NCBI GenBank assembly: GCA_032718475.1
Contig: JAUCBJ010007231.1
Location: 1 to 64,000 of the forward strand
DNA length: 64,000 nt
Source of the DNA: Nemertoderma westbladi
Lineage: Eukaryota; Animalia; Xenacoelomorpha
Reading direction: 5' to 3'
Part shown: positions 25,554 through 39,060 of the stretch, piece after piece
Numbering within the stretch: the first letter of the stretch is position 1
Layout of the letters: every line of letters begins with the position of its first letter
Made by a program: the position numbers and the translations under genes
The notes under the pieces: generated by a model
What the model was told of the DNA's origin: nothing
What the model saw: the letters and a program-made list of their open reading frames with translations, nothing else
The model's database searches: none

Positions 25554-25736
25554 GTAATAATTGCTGCATATCTTCTCTGCTGGGGTCCATTCGTTATTGT
25601 TAATGTATCTGACATGAAGAGCCAATGGGGTCAGCCCATTTACCTTGTTGTAATATCTTTGGCACATTTCAACAGCGCCCTTAATAGCATTCTTTATGGC
25701 ATAATGAATTCTTCATTTCGGCAAGGCTATGCCAAG
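25554..25736 (+). CDS. Melatonin-receptor-like GPCR, exon encoding TM6-ECL3-TM7-helix 8
   Basis: aaattttTAG acceptor, phase 0. Translates VIIAAYLLCWGPFVIVNVSDMKSQWGQPIYLVVISLAHFNSALNSILYGIMNSSFRQGYAK (CWxP; NSILY in place of NPxxY). The 3' end is uncertain: donor at 25737 or 25754, or read-through to the stop at 25796. Confidence 0.88.
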
Positions 25737-26112
25737 GTTAGATCAAAATTAAGGTCTGCTAATTATTTAATACAGCTTGATAAATGTAATCGATAAATGT
25801 AAAACGTTTGTTTCTTCAAACTGTCTGACTGTCTTTGCTATGTTTTACGCCGTTACGGTAACCGCGCGCTTTAGCATGTTGGGCTAAGGGTAGGCGTCGT
25901 GGGCTCACTATTCGGAAGCGACGGAAGGAGAGTTGGAGGATCCAATGCACGGCACTAATGGCGGGGCTGATGGCCACGGTCATTAAAATTGAAGACCGGG
26001 GGCCGGTCGCCATTAAGGCTGTAAGGGGGAAGGTAACCTAGATCTTGTGTCTTTGACTGCTGATTAGTTAGATGGAAAGATCATATTGATTTAGGTGATC
26101 TTATCCGATTAC

Positions 26113-26232
26113 ACTAATGCTATGCTAAATGTGGCTAATGCTATGCTAAATGTGGCTAATGCTATGCTAAATGTGGCTAATGCTATGCTAAATATGGCTA
26201 ATGCTATGCTAAATGTGGCTAATGCTACGCTA
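26113..26232. repeat. 21-bp tandem repeat (gctaatgctatgctaaatgtg), ~5.5 copies
   Basis: Seen by direct inspection. Confidence 0.9.
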
Positions 26233-27189
26233 ACGCTATATGTTATTGCTGCACTTATTGTTATTGTATTGTTCCGAAATGCTTGATTCTATTGTAATGT
26301 TTTAGATAAGCGCTATTTGATTGTTTTATATTTCTAAATTTATGCTTGTTAAATTGCTGTTAGGTCAATTAATACGGTATTTAGGCTGTGTCTAGTGTAA
26401 TCTAGTAGCGTAACTAGTTAGCGTTACAAATTCTGGAATACCTAGTAATTAGTTCGCAACCCCGTACGTTTGAGTAACTGTAGTTTATGATAGTATTTAG
26501 AACAAAATAAGGATTTCGTACGCTGCACTGCGGAGAATAGTTATGGTTATTTACACTTAGGAAATATCTCTGACTAATTTACGCTAGGCGGTTATCCTAA
26601 AATACTGGGTTCGCAAGTTTACAGTAGTCGCAAGCGTAGCAAAGCAGTAATATTGCTGATTACAGTCAATGCTAAGATTATCAGAATTAAATAAATGATT
26701 TTTCGCCTTTATTCGCAACATTAAATATTCTCACATTCAACATTTGTCCGCCTGACGAACTGCTTTCTTTCTCTGTGATTGGTGAACAATAGAGTGTCCA
26801 ATCACCCACACTCGTATTAAGTAGCTTGGGAAGCCAAATCATGTTTATTGTTTTGGTTATTTCTGTTTTGGCTTGTGCTTAGGGCAATTACCTTGGTATG
26901 TTATAGTTTCATTAAACCCTTTGGCGGTTTGTTTCATTCGAAAATACAAACATATCAAAAGAAAGGACCCCCTTTGAGATTTCTTTAACAATTAATGTTA
27001 GTCGAACGGATGAAGTGGCATTCACCAGCGGTTACATAGTGTAAGGATGATAGAAATAAAATGAAATATTGAGGGTCTTTAGCTTCTTTATTATATTAAT
27101 TAAAGGGGTCTGCATCAGACTATGTAACTAGCAGCTAACAGGAAGAGTAGAGGCAGAGGGTCTATATAAATATAAGTTTTAAAGGGGAA

Positions 27190-28185
27190 TATAAAACTTG
27201 CAATTAATAATACTTAATAAAACTTGCAATTAATAATACTTAATAAAACTTGCAATTAATAATACTTAATAAAACTTGCAATTAATAATACTTAATAAAA
27301 CTTGCAATTAATAATACTTAATAAAACTTGCAATTAATAATACTTAATAAAACTTGCAATTAATAATAATACGTAATAAAACTTGCAATTAATAATATTT
27401 AATAAAACTTGCAATTAATAATACTTAATAAAACTTGGAATTAATAATACTTAATAAAACTTGCAATTAATAATACTTAACAAAACTTGGAATTAATAAT
27501 ACTTAATAAAACTTGCAATTAATAATACTTAATGAAACTTGCAATTAATAATACTTAATAAAACTTGCAATTAATAATACTTAATAAAAACTTGCAATTA
27601 ATAATACTTAATAAAACTTGCAATTAATAATACTTAATAAAACTTGCAATTAATAATACTTAATAAAACTTGCAATTAATAATACTTAATAAAACTTGCA
27701 ATTAATAATACTTAATAAAACTTGCAATTAATAATACTTAACAAAACTTGCAATTGATAATACTTAATAAAACTTGCAATTAATAATACTTAATAACACT
27801 TGCAATTAATAATACTTAATAAAACTTGCAATTAATAATACTTAATAAAACTTGCAATTAATAATACTTAATAAAACTTGCAATTAATAATACTTAATAA
27901 AACGTGCAATTAATAATACTTAATAAAACTTGCAATTAATAATACTTAATAAAACTTGCAATTAATAATACTTAATAAAACTTGCAATTAATAATACTTA
28001 ACAAAACTTGCAATTAATAATACTTAATAAAACTTGCAATTAATAATACTTAATAAAACTTGCAATTAATAATACTTATTCAAACTTGCAATTAATAATA
28101 CTTAACAAAACTGGCAATTAATAATACTTAATAAAACTTGCAATTAATAATACTTAATAAAACTTGCAATTAATAATACTTAAAT
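27190..28185. repeat. 26-bp AT-rich minisatellite, ~38 copies
   Basis: Unit is taataaaacttgcaattaataatact. Confidence 0.97.
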
Positions 28186-28404
28186 AATATTAATAATAAA
28201 AAGTTTATGAACATTACGATTATCACCTGCAGCACTAAAATAGACACGATTTCACAATACTTCCTCACAGTTTCTGTCCACATGTTTGTGAATGTTTGCA
28301 CAGGTGCCGGTATTTGAGAATCTGTAATTTTCCTTTTTTGGAAGCATTACCAAACGAATGAAGTTTTCGTTTTCCATTTCTTTTTTTTTTTTGGTACTGG
28401 TGTT

Positions 28405-29662
28405 TCCTTCTAATCCATGGCTGGGATTTCCCAAGTTCCCATTCTCTTTCCTACTTTCGCCATTATTTATTTGAGATGTAGATTACGTACCGGTTTGTCC
28501 TTCTAATCCACGGCTGGGATTTCCCAAGTTCCCATTCTCTTTCCTACTTTCGCCGTTATTTATTTGAGATGTAGATTACGTACCGGTTTGTCCTTCTAAT
28601 CCACGGCTGGGATTTCCCAAGTTCCCATTCTCTTTCCTACTTTCGCCATTATTTATTTGAGATGTACATTACGTACCGGTTTGTCCTTCTAATCCACGGC
28701 TGGGATTTCCCAAGTTCCCATTCTCTTTCCTACTTTCGCCGTTATTTATTTGAGATGTACATTTCGTACCGGTTTGTCCTTCTAATCCACGGCTGGGATT
28801 TCCCAAGTTCCCATTCTCTTTCCTACTTTCGCCGTTATTTATTTGAGATGTACATTACGTACCGGTTTGTCCTTCTAATCCACGGCTGGGATTTCCCAAG
28901 TTCCCATTCTCTTTCCTACTTTCGCCGTTATTTATTTGAGATGTAGATTACGTACCGGTTTGTCCTTCGAATCCACGGCTGGGATTTCCCAAGTTCCCAT
29001 TCTCTTTCCTACTTTCGCCGTTATTTATTTGAGATGTACATTTCGTACCGGTTTGTCCTTCTAATCCACGGCTGGGATTTCCCAAGTTCCCATTCTCTTT
29101 CCTACTTTCGCCGTTATTTATTTGAGATGTAGATTACGTACCGGTTTGTCCTTCTAATCCACGGCTGGGATTTCCCAAGTTCCCATTCTCTTTCCTACTT
29201 TCGCCGTTATTTATTTGAGATGTAGATTTCGTACCGGTTTGTCCTTCTATCCACGGCTGGGATTACGTGAGTTCCCTTTCCTACTTTCGCCATTATTTAT
29301 TTGAGATGTACATTTCGTACCGGTTTGTCCTTCTAATCCACGGCTGGGATTTCCCAAGTTCCCATTCACTTTCCTACTTTCGCCATTATTTATTTGAGAT
29401 GTACATTTCGTACCGGTTTGTCCTTCTAATCCACGGCTGGGATTTCCCAAGTTCCCATTCTCTTTCCTACTTTCGCCGTTATTTATTTGAGATGTAGATT
29501 ACGTACCGGTTTGTCCTTCTAATCCACGGCTGGGATTTCCCAAGTTCCCATTCTCTTTCCTACTTTCGCCGTTATTTATTTGAGATGTAGATTACGTACC
29601 GGTTTGTCCTTCTAATCCACGGCTGGGATTACGTGAGCTTCCTTTCCCTTTCCTACTTTCGC
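28405..29662. repeat. 93-bp tandem array, ~13 copies
   Basis: gtaccggtttgtcc recurs every 93 bp (cggtttgtcc at 28491, 28584 and onward), with one shorter unit near 29250-29320. Confidence 0.95.
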
Positions 29663-29891
29663 CTTTGTTTCCTTCCGCTGACGGGTTGACATAGAAGATA
29701 CTATGACGTGGTTGAGATGATGTAGTCCTCTCTAAGGACGAAACAAACTGGTTAAATGCTTCATTGTCTTTAGTATCACCACCAGGCAGTATATATTTAC
29801 CATTACACCACATTATGGAATTGGATTTCAGTTCATGTTGATATTATTGTTTGGTCACTTCGAGTCCAGTAATACTCTGTTAGTGCCGACC
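29600..29891 (-). other. Candidate minus-strand exon or pseudo-exon whose 3' end seeds the 93-bp array
   Basis: Acceptor-like tttaattttcactgtcAG and donor-like CCG|GTACGT. Coding-like frame MWCNGKYILPGGDTKDNEAFNQF..., but with an upstream stop or frameshift. No family recognised. Confidence 0.3.
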
Positions 29892-30009
29892 CTGACAGTG
29901 AAAATTAAACAGGAATATTAAATTTGTAGACTTTTTAACAAAAACGGAATATAGTAGTTTGGTAAGTAGCAAATTAAATAATGTCACAACAACTGTAAAT
30001 ATTGTCATA

Positions 30010-30010
30010 C

Positions 30011-30041
<31 letters not shown>

Positions 30042-30060
30042 TGTATGTATGTATGTATAT
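30010..30060. repeat. (ATGT)n microsatellite
   Basis: Seen by direct inspection. Confidence 0.95.
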
Positions 30061-30816
30061 TTATGTCAATATAAGAATTGAATAGGGATATATTGAATTG
30101 GGAAAAGCTGATAGGTAGATCCCAGGAAGGTAATGTGTCTACGTACTGTATGGTATAATTGGATTAGGTAACATATTATTATATGGTGTCTACTTGAAGC
30201 GCATGGTTAGGTAGAATACACATAACGATAAGTAATGGGTGGCTGGTGAATATTTACAGAAGAAGGAAAACAAAAAACAGGAAAATCAAAAAACAGAGAG
30301 AGAATCCGGAAATTATATTTTAATTTATATCTATACATATATTTTAATTTATATCTATACGTATATTTTAATTTATATCTATACGTATATTTTTCCTCCA
30401 TTTACATAAATTTTACTGTAATTAGCCGATTTGCTATCAAATATAAATTAAACAAACTCGCGTGATTTAACCTAACTACTGTAACAATGATTTTTATTAA
30501 TTTTTTAGGTTTTTCCATGTTTGAAAGTAATGTGCAGAAATAGAAAGGACCCCTCAACGGACACAGTACTAAGAGATACAACTGTTTCAACCATCAGCGG
30601 CCCACAAATGACCAGCACCGAGACCTTAAATTAATGATTAATAGAAAATATTAATTAATATAAATTTGTCCTTCGTCAGCGGATTTAATTTACAGTAAAA
30701 TATTATTTAATTTATTTAATTATAAATTAAATATTGGACGTGGGATCATATTGAATACCCAACCCACTGCCACACCCTCTAAAATCTACAAATATTAGCG
30801 AAAATGACTGATTAAT

Positions 30817-31291
30817 ACTAGAAAGCCAGCAAGCTGGCTTTAAACGAACCCACCCCTCAAACCAGTACACTGAGTGAGCGAAAATGAAAATACGAAAATT
30901 GTCATCAACTCAACGATAGAAACACCAGCTGCTGGTACTCATGTGGGCCTAGTAAGCTACTACTATTTATTGAATGGATAGGCCCAAACTGCAGAGAAGT
31001 ATATTACTTGCCAAATTTATTACTCTGTCACTCTAACTAACCCAGACAGTAATCAAACATCAACTGTAAGTTTGTATAATGTATTACCCCGCCAGGTGAA
31101 TAGGTATTCCCAGTGAATCCTATTGCTATTGGAATATCTATAAGGTTACTGCTATAAGCTCACTGCTATGTTAGGTGGGATGCCAGCAGATTGAATTGTA
31201 AGCACTGGGCCGTTCAATTGTTTTATAGGTGTGATGGTTGATGATAATGAATGAGGAGGCTCCTAATAGCCAGCTTGCTGGCTTTTCTAGT
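30817..31291. mobile_element. MITE with ~23-bp terminal inverted repeats
   Basis: actagaaagccagcaagctggct (30817-30839) and agccagcttgctggcttttctagt (31268-31291). Confidence 0.75.
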
Positions 31292-32163
31292 TGTATCATA
31301 TTATTCTGCAACCAATATTTTACTCTTTTAAACGAATTTGTGCGTTTTTTGCCGGACTAACAAATTTTGGCGACGTTTTCTGCGAGATTAGTGATATTTG
31401 AAAAGATTCTAAGGCTCAAATATGTTGCTCAAATGACTGAATAGCCCAAATAAAAAAGTTGGTGCATACTCGACGAGTTGAAATCGGTGATTTTTCAGTA
31501 ACCCCGTGATCGAAACGCCACAAAAAATATACAGTCTTGTGCGCAACCAAAATTTAAGGAGAGTTTGTTATTAAAATTTTTGCGTACCTGCTTGAGTTTT
31601 TGAGATATTGGATGGTTATACACACATAACCAAACCACATAGTGTTTTTGAACGGCTCAACTCTTGACAAGAACTACCCTGGCCTATTAATAGGCAGGTT
31701 CGTTATCATGATTTTATTTTATTTTATTATTAGATTTCACTATTCTGAATCTTATTGAGAAAAAGATGGCCTTTTACATAGGCACAAAATGAAAAAAATG
31801 GTCACCAGCAATCTCGAGCAGATTGTAATAGAATATATTTCAAAAGCACCAGCTCATTGTATTTATCGTATTGTAGTCGCATTTATTGTTGCAATTTTTA
31901 TAAATACCAATGTTGTCAACTAAACACATAATCTAATAATAATCTATTATTGTCTCTGAATAACTACACGTAGTACATATCTCTCACATTTATCAGCTTA
32001 AATTTTTCGTGTTAGCCCCAAGTTATCCACGAACCCTCTCAAAATTGGGAATTATTCAATTAACAAATAAATTCAAAAAGTAACCAATATTTTTAAAAAC
32101 GGTTTTCACTATTACGAAGACAACATATTTTAGGAAATTGTAACATTTCAGAGATACAATTAA

Positions 32164-35100
32164 AATACTACCAAGGTAGGGTGCTGTCATATTGACCCAC
32201 GGTTCGATATTAATACTACCGAGGAGGGTGCTGTCATATTGACCCACGGTTCGATATTAATACTACCAAGGTAGGGTGCTGTCACATTGACCCACGGTTC
32301 GATATTAATACTACCAAGGTAGGGTGCAGTCATATTGACCCACGGTTCGATATTAATACTACCAAGGTAGGGTGCTGTCACATTGACCCACGGTTCGATA
32401 TTAATACTACCAAGGTAGGGTGCAGTCATATTGACCCACGGTTCGATATTAATACTACCGAGGAGGGTGCTGTCATATTGACCCACGGTTCGATATTAAT
32501 ACTACCGAGGAGGGTGCAGTCATATTGACCCACGGTTCGATATTAATACTACCGAGGAGGGTGCAGTCATATTGACCCACGGTTCGATATTAATACTACC
32601 GAGGAGGGTGCAGTCATATTGACCCACGGTTCGATATTAATACTACCGAGGAGGGTGCTGTCATATTGACCCACGGTTCGATATTAATACTACCGAGGAG
32701 GGTGCTGTCATATTGACCCACGGTTCGATATTAATACTACCGAGGAGGGTGCTGTCATATTGACCCACGGTTCGATATTAATACTACCAAGGTAGGGTGC
32801 TGTCATATTGACCCACGGTTCGATATTAATACTACCGGGGAGGGTGCAGTCATATTGACCCACGGTTCGATATTAATACTACCGAGGAGGGTGCTGTCAT
32901 ATTGACCCACGGTTCGATATTAATACTACCGAGGAGGGTGCTGTCATATTGACCCACGGTTCGATATTAATACTACCGAGGAGGGTGCAGTCATATTGAC
33001 CCACGGTTCGATATTAATACTAACAAGGTAGGGTGCAGTCATATTGACCCACGGTTCGATATTAATACTACCAAGGTAGGGTGCTGTCATATTGACCCAC
33101 GGTTCGATATTAATACTACCGAGGAGGGTGCAGTCATATTGACCCACGGTTCGATATTAATACTACCAAGGAGGGTGCTGTCATATTGACCCACGGTTCG
33201 ATATTAATACTACCAAGGAGGGTGCAGTCATATTGACCCACGGTTCGATATTAATACTACCGAGGAGGGTGCTGTCATATTGACCCACGGTTCGATATTA
33301 ATACTACCGAGGAGGGTGCTGTCATATTGACCCACGGTTCGATATTAATACTACCGAGGAGGGTGCTGTCATATTGACCCACGGTTCGATATTAATACTA
33401 CCAAGGAGGGTGCAGTCATATTGACCCACGGTTCGATATTAATACTACCGAGGAGGGTGCTGTCATATTGACCCACGGTTCGATATTAATACTACCAAGG
33501 AGGGTGCAGTCATATTGACCCACGGTTCGATATTAATACTACCGAGGAGGGTGCTGTCATATTGACCCACGGTTCGATATTAATACTACCAAGGAGGGTG
33601 CTGTCATATTGACCCACGGTTCGATATTAATACTACCAAGGAGGGTGCAGTCATATTGACCCACGGTTCGATATTAATACTACCGAGGAGGGTGCTGTCA
33701 TATTGACCCACGGTTCGATATTAATACTACCAAGGTAGGGTGCTGTCATATTGACCCACGGTTCGATATTAATACTACCGAGGAGGGTGCAGTCATATTG
33801 ACCCACGGTTCGATATTAATACTACCGAGTAGGGTGCTGTCATATTGATCCACGGTTCGATATTAATACTACCGAGGAGGGTGCTGTCATATTGACCCAC
33901 GGTTCGATATTAATACTACCGAGGAGGGTGCAGTCATATTGACCCACGGTTCGATATTAATACTACCAAAGAGGGTGCTGTCATATTGACCCACGGTTCG
34001 ATATTAATACTACCAAGGTAGGGTGCTGTCATATTGACCCACGGTTCGATATTAATACTACCGAGGAGGGTGCTGTCATATTGACCCACGGTTCGATATT
34101 AATACTACCGAGGAGGGTGCTTTCATATTGACCCACGGTTCGATATTAATACTACCAAGGAGGGTGCTGTCATATTGACCCACGGTTCGATATTAATACT
34201 ACCGGGAAGGGTGCTGTCATATTGACCCACGGTTCGATATTAATACTACCGGGGAGGGTGCTGTCATATTGACCCACGGTTCGATATTAATACTACCGGG
34301 GAGGGTGCAGTCATATTGACCCACGGTTCGATATTAATACTACCAAGGAGGGTGCTGTCATATTGACCCACGGTTCGATATTAATACTACCGAGGAGGGT
34401 GCAGTCATATTGACCCACGGTTCGATATTAATACTAACAAGGTAGGGTGCAGTCATATTGACCCACGGTTCAATATTAATACTACCGAGGAGGGTGCTGT
34501 CATATTGACCCACGGTTCGATATTAATACTACCGAGGAGGGTGCTGTCATATTGACCCACGGTTCGATATTAATACTACCGAGGAGGGTGCTGTCATATT
34601 GACCCACGGTTCGATATTAATACTACCGAGGAGGGTGCTGTCATATTGACCCACGGTTCGATATTAATACTACCGAGGAGGGTGCTGTCATATTGACCCA
34701 CGGTTCGATATTAATACTACCGAGGAGGGTGCTGTCATATTGACCCACGGTTCGATATTAATACTACCGAGGAGGGTGCTGTCATATTGACCCACGGTTC
34801 GATATTAATACTACCGAGGAGGGTGCTGTCATATTGACCCACGGTTCGATATTAATACTACCGAGGATGGTGCTGTCATATTGACCCACGGTTCGATATT
34901 AATACTACCGAGGAGGGTGCTGTCATATTGACCCACGGTTCGATATTAATACTACCGAGGAGGGTGCTGTCATATTGACCCACGGTTCGATATTAATACT
35001 ACCGAGGAGGGTGCTGTCATATTGACCCACGGTTCGATATTAATACTACCGAGGAGGGTGCTGTCATATTGACCCACGGTTCGATATTAATACTACCGAG

Positions 35101-36862
35101 GAGGGTGCTGTCATATTGACCCACGGTTCGATATTAATACTACCGAGGAGGGTGCTGTCATATTGACCCACGGTTCGATATTAATACTACCGAGGAGGGT
35201 GCTGTCATATTGACCCACGGTTCAATATTAATACTACCGAGGAGGGTGCTGTCATATTGACCCACGGTTCGATATTAATACTACCGAGGAGGGTGCTGTC
35301 ATATTGACCCACGGTTCGATATTAATACTACCGAGGAGGGTGCTGTCATATTGACCCACGGTTCGATATTAATACTACCGGGAAGGGTGCTGTCATATTG
35401 ACCCACGGTTCGATATTAATACTACCGGGGAGGGTGCAGTCATATTGACCCACGGTTCGATATTAATACTACCAAGGAGGGTGCTGTCATATTGACCCAC
35501 GGTTCGATATTAATACTACCGGGGAGGGTGCTGTCATATTGACCCACGGTTCGATATTAATACTACCAAGGAGGGTGCTGTCATATTGACCCACGGTTCG
35601 ATATTAATACTACCGAGGAGGGTGCTGTCATATTGACCCACGGTTCGATATTAATACTACCAAGGTAGGGTGCTGTCATATTGACCCACGGTTCGATATT
35701 AATACTACCGAGGAGGGTGCTGTCATATTGACCCACGGTTCAATATTAATACTACCGAGGAGGGTGCTGTCATATTGACCCACGGTTCGATATTAATACT
35801 ACCGAGGAGGGTGCTGTCATATTGACCCACGGTTCGATATTAATACTACCGAGGAGGGTGCTGTCATATTGACCCACGGTTCGATATTAATACTACCGAG
35901 GAGGGTGCTGTCATATTGACCCACGGTTCGATATTAATACTACCGAGGAGGGTGCTGTCATATTGACCCACGGTTCAATATTAATACTACCGAGGAGGGT
36001 GCTGTCATATTGACCCACGGTTCGCTATAAATACTACCGAGGAGGGTGCTTTCATATTGACCCACGGTTCGATATTAATACTACCAAGGAGGGTGCTGTC
36101 ATATTGACCCACGGTTCGATATTAATACTACCGGGAAGGGTGCTGTCATATTGACCCACGGTTCGATATTAATACTACCGGGGAGGGTGCTGTCATATTG
36201 ACCCACGGTTCGATATTAATACTACCGGGGAGGGTGCAGTCATATTGACCCACGGTTCGATATTAATACTACCAAGGAGGGTGCTGTCATATTGACCCAC
36301 GGTTCGATATTAATACTACCGGGGAGGGTGCTGTCATATTGACCCACGGTTCGATATTAATACTACCAAGGAGGGTGCTGTCATATTGACCCACGGTTCG
36401 ATATTAATACTACCGAGGAGGGTGCTGTCATATTGACCCACGGTTCGATATTAATACTACCAAGGTAGGGTGCTGTCATATTGACCCACGGTTCGATATT
36501 AATACTACCAAGGTAGGGTGCAGTCATATTGACCCACAGTTCGATATTAATACTACCAAGGTAGGGTGCTGTCATATTGACCCACGGTTCGATATTAATA
36601 CTACCAAGGTAGGGTGCAGTCATATTGACCCACGGTTCGATATTAATACTACCAAGGTAGGGTGCTGTCATATTGACCCACGGTTCGATATTAATACTAC
36701 CAAGGTAGGGTGCAGTCATATTGACCCACGGTTCGATATTAATACTACCAAGGTAGGGTGCTGTCATATTGACCCACGGTTCGATATTAATACTACCGGG
36801 GAGGGTGCAGTCATATTGACCCACGGTTCGATATTAATACTACCGAGGAGGGTGCTGTCAAT
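32164..36862. repeat. 47/48-bp satellite array, ~100 copies
   Basis: Unit is gggtgc(t/a)gtcatattgacccacggttcgatattaatactacc followed by a variable gagga, aaggta, aagga, gggga or gggaa. Confidence 0.98.
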
Positions 36863-37263
36863 GTTCGATATTAAGCTGTTATTATATTAACTCTAATTAT
36901 TATCCGCTTTTGTTGTATTTTGGCCTTCTGTATTAACTTGATTGATTGATTGATTGATTTATTACTTAGTTTATTTTCTAAGAATTACATCATCATTACT
37001 TACCACTGTTAGGTGATGTAACTTTGATGTAACTTTGATGTAACTTTGACATATCCTTCTGTTACAATATAATTATGTGCATTTACCACATTACCACTCT
37101 ATGACCCGGTTTAACTTATTTTCATATTTTACTAACTATCCGCCCCATAATATATTTATCGTTGTCACCTTTCGTTGTATTAATATATTATATTACCTCA
37201 TATATTAAATTTACGCCCGCGGCGACCTGCATTGCTATAATGTTATTTTCCGAGGTACAGAGT

Positions 37264-37735
37264 TTGTACTAGACTAAGTTTCAACTGTTGTATACCAACC
37301 TAGAAGTAGTGTTGTACTGGACTAAGTTTCAACTGTTAGTTGTATACCAACCTAGCAGTGTTGTACTGGACTAAGTTTCAACTGTTAGTTGTATACCAAC
37401 CTAGCAGTGTTGTACTGGACTAAGTTTCAACTGTTAGTTGTATACCAACCAAGCAGTGTTGTACTGGACTAAGTTTCAACTGTTAGTTGTATACCAACCT
37501 AGCAGTGTTGTACTGGACTAAGTTTCAACTGTTAGTTGTATACCAACCTAGCAGTGTTGTACTGGACTAAGTTTCAACTGTTAGTTGTATACCAACCAAG
37601 CAGTGTTGTACTGGACTAAGTTTCAACTGTTAGTTGTATACCAACCTAGCAGTGTTGTACTGGACTAACCTTCAACTGTTGTATACCAACCTAGCAGTGT
37701 TGTACTGGACTAACCTTCACCTGTTGTATACCAAA
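37264..37735. repeat. 49-bp minisatellite, ~10 copies
   Basis: Unit is tgtactggactaagtttcaactgttagttgtataccaacctagcagtgt. Confidence 0.95.
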
Positions 37736-38929
37736 AAATAAACTATTTTATTCTTAATTCGTTACTTTATGGTTTGAATATACCCCAAAATCGAGAAAAA
37801 AAGAAGCACTTTTTTCCCTCGGGAAAAACTATCCTATAGGATTGCATTGATTTTACTTTGTTCCCGGCGAGAAAGCGAAATAAGAAAATGTGAAAATATT
37901 TTTTGTGGAATATCTTAAATTGTATTACAGGAAACAAAAGAGCATCGCCGTAGAAAAGATTTGGACCTAATTTGAATAAAAACCATCCACGCAATCAAAA
38001 GTTACTGTTGGTAGGTATAGTAGTGTCTGTGTGATGGGATCTGAGATGGCGCAGGTGTGTTTTGTGTCGTGTAATGTACGCGTCGCCGCGTTTCAGTGAC
38101 TGCAAAAGGCTGAAAGGCCATAGGCCGATATAACAAAAGAGTTTATAGTTTATCATTGTTAATAATAGCTCATATATATATAGTACCGGTAGTTACAGCA
38201 CAATCAGTATATAGCACTGGCGACGACGGTCAAAACCGTCTATACTTCCACAGTAATTAATAGCCAACTGAACACAATTAATATTGGGTAACGGATTTAT
38301 ACTCACTACATAGAAAGCTTATTACATATTTCTACCTACATGTCGACCTACCAATAGATACGCGTTTACTGGACATGTGCTGCCCTGCTATTGGTTGGTT
38401 TTCTCCCTTTGCCACTCCCTATTTCCTCTGGCCCTATGCTAGCTTCATCCTTTAGATGAGTTGGTAACTATCTGCAAGCTAGCATTATATTGTCCTACAT
38501 TCTTTCTTGGTATGCAATATTATATTGGATATAGGATATTGCATACTTGGCTGTGATTCGTAAATCACTCTGTTCCATATTCTCTGGGAAACATTCTCTG
38601 GGTGGTGTGCAGCAGATGGATTCGCAACAATCTGTGCAGTCCGATCATAATTATCCAATATTGCTTATTAAAAGGTGGGCCCTTTTACTGACGTCATAAA
38701 TATTCTAGAACATGTATTGGCATGAGCCATGAGTTGTATGTAAGCAAGCACTGAGTGTTGTGTACAGTAATTCGAATCCTTGTTCCTTAGCAACGACACA
38801 AACATTCAACTGTTCGTATACAGCATATTACCATATAGGGCTCAGTTTAGGTTATTATTGTCGTACCGGTACATAAGTTGTATTAAAACACCGCTTTAAA
38901 ACACCATTTATTTAAGAATAAAATTACGT

Positions 38930-39060
38930 ATTACATGGGATAAAAACGTAGAACATTTTTTTCACAATTATTCTCTCGGATCTTTATTAATCTCGCTTGC
39001 GCTCGGTAGACAAAATACCTCGAGAATAATGAAAAAAGTTCTACTTTTTTCCCATGCAAT
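38930..39060. mobile_element. Palindromic (hairpin) non-autonomous element, possibly Crypton-like
   Basis: Arms attacatggga..aaaacgtagaac..ttttttca..attattctc and gagaataatgaaaaaagttctacttttttcccatgcaat flank a central ctcgcttgcgctcg. The family label is an inference. Confidence 0.55.

Noticed and set aside
29715-29760. Hammerhead ribozyme (GTCC-loop-GGAC-GAAAC)
   Set aside because: The upstream core is ATGATGTA rather than CTGATGA, and stems I and III do not form.
32164-36862. CRISPR-like array
   Set aside because: Units abut directly with no unique spacers, there are no cas genes, and the context is eukaryotic.
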